Below are positions 8,445-16,459 of a stretch of 64,000 nt of DNA, in pieces. The DNA is from a virus: positions 36,207-100,206 of IMG/VR virus record IMGVR_UViG_3300032236_001129; one strand, given 5' to 3'. The notes beneath the pieces were generated by a model, which saw only the letters and a list, made by a program, of their open reading frames with translations, ran no database searches and was not told where the DNA came from. Position numbers and translations under genes: made by a program. How positions within the stretch are numbered: the stretch's first letter is position 1; every line of letters begins with the position of its first letter.

Positions 8445-10583
8445 ATAAGAAAACTACGTCTACTCGTAGAACTATTTCTTGCATCAATCCTTTACTTTTC
8501 TGTATCACAACTCGCAGCACACGCCGATGATTTAACACCTTCAGATCAGGTGGCAATTTCCCCTGCCTCTGACACATCTACAGCTACAGTATCCTTACCT
8601 GTTGCTCTTGCCTCTGCTATCTCTACAGTAGACGGCGCTACAGTTACTGTAAATGTTGCAATTCAAACAGCTAGTGATTCTTTAACTGCTGTTGTAGACA
8701 CCCAAGAAAAAATGCAGGTGGTGGAGTCTAGTACCGTAGCCGTTGCAGCTATTGATTCTGCCACGGTTGCTATCAATGATGCTCACGTAGCTATTCAAGC
8801 TGCTGAGTCAGCAACTGTTACAGCTGCGTTGGATCTGCAAGCTGTAGATTCCCAGACAGTTGTTGTTGCCATAGCAACTACTAACTTAGATAGTTCTACT
8901 GTAGTGCTTAACGTGGCCACTGCAGCTGTCGATTCCCAGACCCTTGTAGTCTCCCAAGATGCAGTTGCTTCTCAGAATGCCCAAGCTGCCGCCGATTCTT
9001 CTACCGTTACTGTGACCACAGGTGGGGTATCAGCTACGGTTTATAATGGAACAGGTAGATCACCGGCACTTCCTACAGATCAAACAACCCCTATTCTTAC
9101 AACTATAGTTCCACAGATCATTAACAATTGGGGTGGAGGTTCGGTACAAGGTGGCCCAGCTGATCGTGTGATCGTTAAATATGAAGGCACGATTACTGCC
9201 CCTGCTGATGCAGTGGCTGTTAAGTACGCTGTTTACTCTGATGATGGGGCTAAGCTGTATGTTGATGGTCAGCTAGCAATCAATAACTGGAGAGACCAAG
9301 GACCTACTTGGAGCCCATACAGTCCTGTGTATGATGTGACTACTAATAAGTCTCAAAATTTTGTGCTTTGGTACTATGAAAATGGTGGAGGTGCAGTTTG
9401 TACTCTTGGCTGGGCAATCTTTAGAGCTGATGGTACAGGATACTTTACAAGCCCTACTGCACCTAACTTTGGTACCACAACTACAACCAAAGATCAAGCA
9501 TTAGTAGCTGCAGCTCAAGCTGCGTTGGATACTCTTAATAATGATAGTGCTGTTTTAGTTACTCTTCAAGATGCAAAGACAGCTGCAGAAAATGTTGTAG
9601 CTGCGGATACTCAAACCAAAGCGGATGCTATCTCTCTATTAACACAGTTAACCGATACTACTACAGCATCTGTTGCCACAGCTGTAGATCTATCTAATCA
9701 AGCTGCTGCAAAAGCTAATGATGCTAAAGCAGCATTGGATACAGCAGTTACCACAGTTTCCAGCGTTGTTGCTCAATATATTGACGCTCAGCTTCAGTTG
9801 CAAGCTCAGAGAGATGCTGAAGCTGCCGCTGCCGCAGCTGCTGCAAGAGCTGCTGCAGTTGCTCCGGCTCCAGAACCTCAACCTGCTCCTCAACCTGAAC
9901 CAGATCCGCAACCTCAGCCCGATCCACAACCTCAACCGGATCCACAACCACAGCCAGATCCTCAGCCGCAACCAGATCCACAACCTGCGCCGCAACCAGA
10001 CCCAGGACCCGCACCTGCTCCTCAGCCAGAGCCTGCACCCGCTCCTGCGCCTGCTCCAGCGCCCGAACCAACTCCTGCACCTTCACCTGAACCACCTGTC
10101 GTTCCTGGTCTAGTTCCTAATAATCCAGACTCACTACCAGATAGTGTACCAAAGGAAGCGCCTAAAGAAGTTCTCGTGCCTCACGTACAAGTTGATAAAG
10201 CTGGTGTAGAAAATGGTGGCATTGAATTCTTTGGTACTAAAACACAGCCACAAGTAGTTGGAGAAGATGGAAAGCTTACCCCGCCTCCACCTCCTCCAGG
10301 TTCAGGGCTACCAATTCCTCCGGATGCGATAACCTTGAGCGATACATTTATCGGACAACCAGGCGGCACAACATTTAACGCACCTGACGTTGCCGTTCCC
10401 GTTATAGAAACTCCTGTTACTGGGGCTTTAGCGGCGGTACCTGGGGTACAGGCTCTCAATCATGCATTCGTTGCGATGGCTAACATCGGTAACGATATGT
10501 CCCCTATCACCCGTAAAAAAGCAAAGAAAATCTTGGTATTGACAACCGTCATTGCCGCCGTAAGAAGGAGATTTGGTAACTAA
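8445..10583 (+). CDS. Exported PA14-domain protein with Ala/Thr-rich helical stalks, a Pro-rich linker and a C-terminal hydrophobic/basic tail (start extended to ATA 8445; ORF track gives GTG 8550)
   Basis: PA14 signature INNWGGG...YSDDGAKLYVDGQLAINNW...YYENGGGA; in-frame upstream signal peptide ending AHA/DD; AGGAG SD 6 nt before the ATA. Confidence 0.75.
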   Translation: MRKLRLLVELFLASILYFSVSQLAAHADDLTPSDQVAISPASDTSTATVSLPVALASAISTVDGATVTVNVAIQTASDSLTAVVDTQEKMQVVESSTVAVAAIDSATVAINDAHVAIQAAESATVTAALDLQAVDSQTVVVAIATTNLDSSTVVLNVATAAVDSQTLVVSQDAVASQNAQAAADSSTVTVTTGGVSATVYNGTGRSPALPTDQTTPILTTIVPQIINNWGGGSVQGGPADRVIVKYEGTITAPADAVAVKYAVYSDDGAKLYVDGQLAINNWRDQGPTWSPYSPVYDVTTNKSQNFVLWYYENGGGAVCTLGWAIFRADGTGYFTSPTAPNFGTTTTTKDQALVAAAQAALDTLNNDSAVLVTLQDAKTAAENVVAADTQTKADAISLLTQLTDTTTASVATAVDLSNQAAAKANDAKAALDTAVTTVSSVVAQYIDAQLQLQAQRDAEAAAAAAAARAAAVAPAPEPQPAPQPEPDPQPQPDPQPQPDPQPQPDPQPQPDPQPAPQPDPGPAPAPQPEPAPAPAPAPAPEPTPAPSPEPPVVPGLVPNNPDSLPDSVPKEAPKEVLVPHVQVDKAGVENGGIEFFGTKTQPQVVGEDGKLTPPPPPPGSGLPIPPDAITLSDTFIGQPGGTTFNAPDVAVPVIETPVTGALAAVPGVQALNHAFVAMANIGNDMSPITRKKAKKILVLTTVIAAVRRRFGN
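9862..10098 (+). repeat. Pro-rich tandem repeat (PDPQPQ)n then (PA)n within the PA14 protein
   Basis: Degenerate 18-bp repeats such as CCAGATCCGCAACCTCAG. Confidence 0.85.
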
Positions 10584-10768
10584 TGAAGCAATTCTTTAAA
10601 GATATATCTTCAGATTTCTTCAGTGAGATCTGGACATTCGTAGGGCTATTCTCAGCATGGCTAGTACTAACTGGTTCTGCTAAGACCGTCATCGGTAAGG
10701 TAACCCTAGCCTCTTTTGTAGTGTGGATTCTTACCCTCCGTCTTCGTAACCCAAAGGATAAAGAATGA
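10583..10768 (+). CDS. Small two-TM membrane protein
   Basis: 61 aa, WTFVGLFSAWLVLTGSAK..., TAATG coupled to the PA14 gene. Confidence 0.75.
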   Translation: MKQFFKDISSDFFSEIWTFVGLFSAWLVLTGSAKTVIGKVTLASFVVWILTLRLRNPKDKE

Positions 10769-11139
10769 AAACAACAGGAAACATTCTTCTACGTATCGTT
10801 GCTGTGTTTGCAGCTAGCGGTCTAGGAGTTATCGGTGCTGGTTCTATCGCAGGAATCTCAGTACTAAAAGCCGTAACAGTAGCTGGTCTAACAGCGGTTG
10901 CTGCGGTAGTAGAAAAACTTGCTCGTGGCTTTATGAACGACGGTAAGCTTGACCTAGATGAAATTAACGCAGCATTTGCAGCAGTTGATGTTAACTCTAA
11001 GACAGCTGCTGACCTTCAAGTTGAAGCCAAGCAAAACGGTCAGGATATCTTAATCAAGGCTGATGGTGGAACAACTGTAGCGACTCCAGTTGCTGCAGCA
11101 GCACCAGTAGTAGACCAAAGCCACCCAGATTATAACTAA
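10765..11139 (+). CDS. Membrane protein, holin candidate, with an EF-hand-like loop
   Basis: Two hydrophobic segments then NDGKLDLDEI; directly upstream of the endolysin. Confidence 0.65.
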   Translation: MKTTGNILLRIVAVFAASGLGVIGAGSIAGISVLKAVTVAGLTAVAAVVEKLARGFMNDGKLDLDEINAAFAAVDVNSKTAADLQVEAKQNGQDILIKADGGTTVATPVAAAAPVVDQSHPDYN

Positions 11140-11149
11140 GGAGTAAAAC

Positions 11150-11896
11150 ATGGCAGCAGAAAAAGGAACAGCAGCTCGTATGGTTGAAGTAGCTCTTGCA
11201 GAAGAAGGCTACGTAGAAGGTCCAAAGGACAATGAAACTAAGTACGGCGCATTTACAAAGGCTAACTTCTTGCCTTGGTGTGGCTCATTCGTTATGTGGT
11301 GTGCTAACCAAGCTGGCGTAAAGGTACCTAATACAGTATCTACAATGGCAGGTGCAGCAGCTTTCAAGAAGCTCGGTACTTGGACAGACGCAGCGGTAGC
11401 TCAGCCAGAACCAGGAGACATTGTTTACTTTGACTTCATGGCTGGCGGTGCTCCAATCGAGCACGTAGGCATTGTTGTTCGTGACAATGGCGATGGCACA
11501 ATCACCACTATCGAAGGAAATACTTCTGGAGATAAGAAGAAGTCTGGTTCACAGGCTAACGGTGGAGAAGCTGTTGTAAAGCTTCGTGCTTATAAGAAGA
11601 ACAAGAAGGCTCTCCCAATCTTCATTGAAGGTTTTGGTCGCCCCAACTATGTAGGTAATGACGTGCATGTGGATCCAGTCCCAGCAGTTAAGCCAGCATT
11701 TCCAGGACAAATCAAGCCAGGAGACAAAGGCGAGAACGTTAAGACAATCCAGCATGCACTTACTCTTGTAGAAGATGGTGACTATGGCCCTGCAACTAAG
11801 GCAGCAGTTATCAAGTTCCAGGATAACCATGCTAATCTAGATTCAAATGGAATTGTTGGCCCAAAGACTTGGGCAGCACTCATGGATCTACTTTAA
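11150..11896 (+). CDS. Endolysin: CHAP amidase/peptidase plus a C-terminal peptidoglycan-binding domain
   Basis: PWCGSFV, PGDIVYF, HVGIV, TIEGNT; DGDYGPATKAAVIKFQ...NGIVGPKTW. Confidence 0.9.
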   Translation: MAAEKGTAARMVEVALAEEGYVEGPKDNETKYGAFTKANFLPWCGSFVMWCANQAGVKVPNTVSTMAGAAAFKKLGTWTDAAVAQPEPGDIVYFDFMAGGAPIEHVGIVVRDNGDGTITTIEGNTSGDKKKSGSQANGGEAVVKLRAYKKNKKALPIFIEGFGRPNYVGNDVHVDPVPAVKPAFPGQIKPGDKGENVKTIQHALTLVEDGDYGPATKAAVIKFQDNHANLDSNGIVGPKTWAALMDLL

Positions 11897-11906
11897 GAAT
11901 ATAAAT

Positions 11907-11940
11907 AAGAAAGCCCCCAGTGATGGGGGCTTTTTTATTA
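11907..11940. terminator. Probably bidirectional terminator between convergent operons
   Basis: AAAGCCCCCA-GTGA-TGGGGGCTTT followed by a T run on the plus strand, A-rich upstream. Confidence 0.8.
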
Positions 11941-13092
11941 CAGTGGATTACCCACCGTGTCTACTGTGGAATGAATCTCTTGTCCACGATACATTGTCTT
12001 ACCCTTATGGATATGAACCTGATCAAAGTGGAAGCTGTCATCATCGCCATCTTTGTAGAAGATAACGCTTACGCCTTGCTGCCAGTTTTCAAAGTATTGA
12101 AGCGCTTGACCTTTGACATCCACCCCACCCTTGACAGAAGGGACTGCACCGTCCACTCGGCAGAGGCATCCTGGACTAAAAGACACGCTCTTAATCGCCT
12201 GGTCACGATCAAATACTGTTTTTGATTGCTGTTCCATTCGATGAGTGTGACCAAAGAGCGTGGAAATATTTGGATTCGAATTTGCATACTGCGCAGCCGT
12301 TGAACCGCTGGAGTTAGCCCGATCACCATGCATAGCACGGAGACGCTTATTAATCCAATGTGCAGCAGCAGGGTAACCATCAATAAACTCCACTCCAAGT
12401 TCGTCACAACGTAATAGATTTTGTAAACTTAATACAGGCCAAGCATCTGGGATGTTAGCTACTTTAATACCGTAAGCTGCAGCAGCGTTAGTATTAATAA
12501 AACGATTGAGGCGCTTGTCGTGATTGCCTTCCAAAAGAATGATTCGTGAATCCACGCCGGCGTTAGCACGCTGCTCAGCAAGGAAACGATGACCACGATT
12601 GATAGCAAGCTGAGCAGTGTGTGCAAAGTTTGTCTCCTGTTCGTATGTACCGTACATCGGTAAGTCTAGGAAATCTCCTAGGTTAATGACTTGAGCTAGT
12701 GGATGGCCATGATCTAAACCTACTATTTGTAAAGCCACATCCATAGCAGCTTCATCATGGAAAGGATCTAAGGCACCGTCTTCATACTTACGGTAGCCAA
12801 TCTGTGGGTCTGGTAGCGCAACGGCAACCTTCCAGTCACTGCTGATTAGTGCAGGCGTACGAACCTTAGGTTGTACGATGGTAGGAGCTGCCTCTTGTAC
12901 AGGCTGCCAAGCCGGGCCCTCGCCCCATTTGGGGGACAGGATGATCTTAGTGTCATCCGGATTTGTAGAAAGACTAACCTTACTAATCTTGCCTACATCT
13001 TCTGCAGTAAGACCATTAGCCTTAAGCAGCTTCTCAATAGAACTAATAGCTCCATCTGTTTTAGCGTTATTGTATGCGTCTTCTAGCGACAT
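11938..13092 (-). CDS. Calcineurin-like metallophosphoesterase
   Basis: PDPQ, LGDFLD, GNHD, MHG and GHTH motifs. Confidence 0.85.
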   Translation of the reverse strand: MSLEDAYNNAKTDGAISSIEKLLKANGLTAEDVGKISKVSLSTNPDDTKIILSPKWGEGPAWQPVQEAAPTIVQPKVRTPALISSDWKVAVALPDPQIGYRKYEDGALDPFHDEAAMDVALQIVGLDHGHPLAQVINLGDFLDLPMYGTYEQETNFAHTAQLAINRGHRFLAEQRANAGVDSRIILLEGNHDKRLNRFINTNAAAAYGIKVANIPDAWPVLSLQNLLRCDELGVEFIDGYPAAAHWINKRLRAMHGDRANSSGSTAAQYANSNPNISTLFGHTHRMEQQSKTVFDRDQAIKSVSFSPGCLCRVDGAVPSVKGGVDVKGQALQYFENWQQGVSVIFYKDGDDDSFHFDQVHIHKGKTMYRGQEIHSTVDTVGNPL

Positions 13093-13322
13093 GCGCAGGT
13101 TCCGTTTCTATGCTCTCTTAAAGAGGTTAGTCCAAATGTTGCTCCGGCAGATTTGTAAAGATCAAAAAGACTTCGTGTAGAAAAGTCATCATCATTTAAA
13201 GAGGTTTTAAATGCAGCTAAATCGTTTTCATTGAGCAAGGTAGACCACGCACCAACTACACACATCCCAGCTACAAAGGGATTACTTTCTTTTGCTTCAG
13301 AATATAAAGCTTCTAAACTCAT
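13083..13322 (-). CDS. Small HTH/Zn-like protein upstream of the phosphoesterase
   Basis: 79 aa, ends HRNGTCAC; AGGAGG SD. Confidence 0.7.
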   Translation of the reverse strand: MSLEALYSEAKESNPFVAGMCVVGAWSTLLNENDLAAFKTSLNDDDFSTRSLFDLYKSAGATFGLTSLREHRNGTCACR

Positions 13323-13342
13323 TGCGCCTCCTAATTTCTATC

Positions 13343-13405
13343 TAATAGGGGATCCGTGAGGACCCCCTATTAAATATTATACTAGATATTAGTACGAAGA
13401 ATCAA
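13343..13405 (-). promoter_or_regulatory. SigA-like promoter followed by a 5' hairpin
   Basis: TTGATT-18-TATAAT; then TAATAGGGGGTCC-TCAC-GGATCCCCTATTA. Confidence 0.55.
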
Positions 13406-13733
13406 TACCAGATTCAAAACCACGATGAGTAACTGGAGGAATGACTGGGCTGTTAGCCATTGTCATACCTGCAGCTGGATCATTTGGCTTGACGATATTG
13501 GTTACGATGGTGTGTGAAGCACCATTGCGTTCAGCTGCAGAGATAGGACGGTTTGCACGTGTGCCTTGTCCCTGAGCTGCTGGGTCTCCTGCTTGAGTAT
13601 TCTTGCGTCCTTCAAGCTTGCCTGATGCAGGCTTAGCTGATGGTGCTGTGAAGGCTGTGCCTGCACGACCCATTGAGGAACGACCTTGTGTGTTTTCTGC
13701 TGCTACTGCAGCATCGACATCTGACTTTGCCAT
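13389..13733 (-). CDS. Hypothetical Ala/Gly-rich protein
   Basis: 114 aa ORF. Confidence 0.7.
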   Translation of the reverse strand: MAKSDVDAAVAAENTQGRSSMGRAGTAFTAPSAKPASGKLEGRKNTQAGDPAAQGQGTRANRPISAAERNGASHTIVTNIVKPNDPAAGMTMANSPVIPPVTHRGFESGIDSSY

Positions 13734-13779
13734 GTTGGTACCTAACTGTTAGAGGTGAGATCTCGTCTCAAATCTTATA

Positions 13780-14058
13780 TTAATTTGCAGTGATTGTAAA
13801 GACAATTGCGCTAATCTGGCCATCTCTTGAATCTACCGTAGTAAATCCTGGACGGCAACTTAGGTTCATTCCCCTTGGTGCAACGTAACCACTGGCAATA
13901 GCAATAGCTTTTACCGCCTGGTTAACTGCTGATGCACCCACTGCACGAAGCTGTACTTGGGGCTTTTCATATAGGGCGTGGGCGATAGCTGAGCCCACTG
14001 ATTGTGCATTAGATCCTGCGCCTACACGCAAGAATTTCTCTTCTGTTGAATCAGTCAC
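13780..14058 (-). CDS. spoVS: SpoVS-family (Alba-like) protein
   Basis: LRV...SNAQSVGSAIA...VQLRAVGASAVNQAVKAIAIASGYVAP.G..L...PGF is the SpoVS signature. Confidence 0.85.
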   Translation of the reverse strand: MTDSTEEKFLRVGAGSNAQSVGSAIAHALYEKPQVQLRAVGASAVNQAVKAIAIASGYVAPRGMNLSCRPGFTTVDSRDGQISAIVFTITAN

Positions 14059-14145
14059 GATTTGTAGTCCTTTAGGTTCGATTTTTAGTCGCCCACCTAG
14101 CCCCTACAATACCCTTTAAAAGCCCGTCAGTACGGCTATAAGGCC

Positions 14146-14484
14146 TTAACTCTTAAGCCCCCTACCCAAGAGGTCAACCCATACAGAAGCAGGCATTGTG
14201 GCGTACCACTGGCCTACATCCGTAGTGCCTTTCTTCTTATGAATAACAACGCCTGTCCAAGCGCCATCATTCTTCATCTCTGTCTCTAATTCTTTTAGCC
14301 ACTCTGATAGCTTCATCGTAGCTTGATTTTTAATCTCAATAGTTACACCAGGAATGCCTGATACATCCCCCTTGTCAAGGGTCGCACCGGCTAGACGGCG
14401 ATCTGCATATGGGAACCACTGCTTAAGCCATGCCACCACAGCCCGCTCTGCCCCACTACCTTTTGCTTTAGCTGGGTTACTCAT
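14146..14484 (-). CDS. Holliday junction resolvase (Hjc-like PD-(D/E)xK)
   Basis: KAKGSGAER...DKGDV...IEIKN. Confidence 0.8.
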   Translation of the reverse strand: MSNPAKAKGSGAERAVVAWLKQWFPYADRRLAGATLDKGDVSGIPGVTIEIKNQATMKLSEWLKELETEMKNDGAWTGVVIHKKKGTTDVGQWYATMPASVWVDLLGRGLKS

Positions 14485-14960
14485 GTTGTGTACCTCCGTT
14501 GTCGTGATCGTAATCCACCATCAGATGTGCGACGGGTAAGCTCACGAGATACGACTGAGCAGTCTCTCTCAATGTTCTGAGTTCTAGTTTCAATAAGCTT
14601 ACGGAACGCATACTTAGTATCGTAGTCGTAGATCAGTTCCTGGATCTCATCTGATGCTTGGATCTGTGCCTTGATTAAGGTGACAGTATCTCCCTTGGCT
14701 CCAGTCCAGCTTTTAAGTAAAGCCACTGACTCAGCATTTTTTAAAGTGCTTTCAGCTTCACGCTCGTTGACTACTGCGATAGCAAAAGCTCCAGCCAAGT
14801 GATCATTCCACTGCGTGTACTGTACGAATAGATCCATAAGACCTTCATCATCCAGCTCAGTAATGTCACGAGGTAGATTAGGAATGTCGTACTCAGGCCG
14901 AGGAGTTAAAGCAAACCCCAGCTCGTTAAGTGCGGCCACTACTTTGGTAGAAATACTCAT
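14481..14960 (-). CDS. Helical protein, possible recombination mediator (UvsY-like)
   Basis: Coiled-coil character ending SRELTRR; located in the recombination block. Confidence 0.45.
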   Translation of the reverse strand: MSISTKVVAALNELGFALTPRPEYDIPNLPRDITELDDEGLMDLFVQYTQWNDHLAGAFAIAVVNEREAESTLKNAESVALLKSWTGAKGDTVTLIKAQIQASDEIQELIYDYDTKYAFRKLIETRTQNIERDCSVVSRELTRRTSDGGLRSRQRRYTT

Positions 14961-15853
14961 TCGGATTCCTTTCTAAAAGGCGCACAACGTTTGCATCCAT
15001 TTTCTGAATCTTGGTTGCACATAGGAGGACGGTCGTTAGCTACAGCCCAGGCAACGTCCAAAGCCTTGTCAAAGATCTCAGCTGTATATTCTGGGTTGTA
15101 CTTAACCACGAACTCTTTATATTCCTGGTTAGCTTTAAGCTCATAGATAAATACGATCTCTTCTGGTGCTGCCTCAAGCAGACCTTCTTCTACCATTAGG
15201 TGGCAGAGGTGAAGGTAAACCTGTCCTTGTAGCTGGTGAGAACGTAGAGGTGTGCGGATGTTCTTCCACACTACATCGATATCATTGTTGTACTGCGCCA
15301 TCATGGCAGGCATTTCCATACGGATAGTGCCGGTACCAATAGACTTAATCTCAATCAGGCAGTCATCACCTAGACCTTTGATCCAACCGTCAGCATGACC
15401 ACGCATCATATGCTTGTCACTGCGTAGAGGAACTTCGAGATACTCATCTTCAATATCCACATTGTTAGATGCTAGATCCCAACCTTTACCTGTAGGGCCA
15501 TGCCACATACCATAAAGCACACCCATCTCTCTAAACCAGTTCTGCCACTTAGCGTGGATAGTATGGCCTTCTGCAAAGATAGATGCTAGACGAAGCGTAG
15601 GCTTGTCACGAGTCTCTTGATAGTTTCCCTTGATAGCGTGGTACTGAGCAAGTGCACACCACTCAGGCTTAATAATATCTGAAGGATGAATATAACTCTG
15701 GTCTCGGTCATCAAAGGGCTTAGATAGAACATGGCGTTCTAACGCACCCATAAGGCGTGTATCACGCTTGTTCGCATTAAGAAATGCTTTTAAATCTTTA
15801 CTAGGAACCGTCACCGGCTTTCCCATTTTTGCCTCCTTGTTCAATCCACTCAT
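14957..15853 (-). CDS. Cas4-like PD-(D/E)xK exonuclease
   Basis: HPS....WC, GHADG, IEIKS, Q...Y, C-terminal C...C..C. Confidence 0.8.
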   Translation of the reverse strand: MSGLNKEAKMGKPVTVPSKDLKAFLNANKRDTRLMGALERHVLSKPFDDRDQSYIHPSDIIKPEWCALAQYHAIKGNYQETRDKPTLRLASIFAEGHTIHAKWQNWFREMGVLYGMWHGPTGKGWDLASNNVDIEDEYLEVPLRSDKHMMRGHADGWIKGLGDDCLIEIKSIGTGTIRMEMPAMMAQYNNDIDVVWKNIRTPLRSHQLQGQVYLHLCHLMVEEGLLEAAPEEIVFIYELKANQEYKEFVVKYNPEYTAEIFDKALDVAWAVANDRPPMCNQDSENGCKRCAPFRKESE

Positions 15854-16142
15854 CTAAAGTTAGCCCCTGCTTCTTAAATTTACGTTCGGCTGCATTACGT
15901 TCTCTGTGGGATAAACCGCCAAAGATTCCATGTAGCTCGTTGTTGTTGATGGCTTCCTTAAGACATTCTTTACGTACAGGACACGGTGGTCTCCCATCCT
16001 TGCCCCAACAGATTGCCTTAGCCTTGTCAGCTATGGGCTTGTATAAAGCTTTGTCTCGGGGTGGGAAGAACATCTCTGTATCTTCTCCCTGACACTTAGC
16101 ATCATATCGCCAAGTCCACGCTGGGTCGTCGTCGTAACGCAC
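15801..16142 (-). CDS. whiB: WhiB-family transcription regulator
   Basis: AKC...FFP...AKAIC...CPVRKECL...GIFGGLSHRER. Confidence 0.9.
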   Translation of the reverse strand: MRYDDDPAWTWRYDAKCQGEDTEMFFPPRDKALYKPIADKAKAICWGKDGRPPCPVRKECLKEAINNNELHGIFGGLSHRERNAAERKFKKQGLTLDEWIEQGGKNGKAGDGS

Positions 16143-16459
16143 TATTCACCTCTTACTGCATTGCGCAGTTCAAAAAAATCCTCCTCTAATAGTACGACGT
16201 AGTTTTCACCATCTAGATGCAGGCCGAGTACCGGTGTTCTGCTATCAAGTATTGCTTCCTTAGTAATCTTCTCAAGCACCTCTGCTTTGATCGTTACTGA
16301 CTTCTTGCCAGTCCACTTGTGCTCGATAAGGAGGTCGTCAGTTCTGACGTCCCCCTTACGAGACCAAAATGCACCAGAGGCAGCATTGCGCTTACCGCCC
16401 GTGACTTTCTCTAAACGCTTTTCATGCTTTAGAGATTGTTTCTGACCCTCACTCTTCAT
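16142..16459 (-). CDS. Small PD-(D/E)xK nuclease / resolvase-like protein
   Basis: HEKR...SGA....GDV...IEHK. Confidence 0.7.
   Translation of the reverse strand: MKSEGQKQSLKHEKRLEKVTGGKRNAASGAFWSRKGDVRTDDLLIEHKWTGKKSVTIKAEVLEKITKEAILDSRTPVLGLHLDGENYVVLLEEDFFELRNAVRGE

Noticed and set aside
9690-10113. Alternative-frame Leu/Arg/Trp or Gln/Val repeat ORFs
   Set aside because: By-products of the Pro-rich tandem repeat.
14957-15853. CRISPR-Cas system suggested by the Cas4-like gene
   Set aside because: No repeat-spacer array or other cas genes; solo Cas4-like nucleases are common in phage recombination modules.
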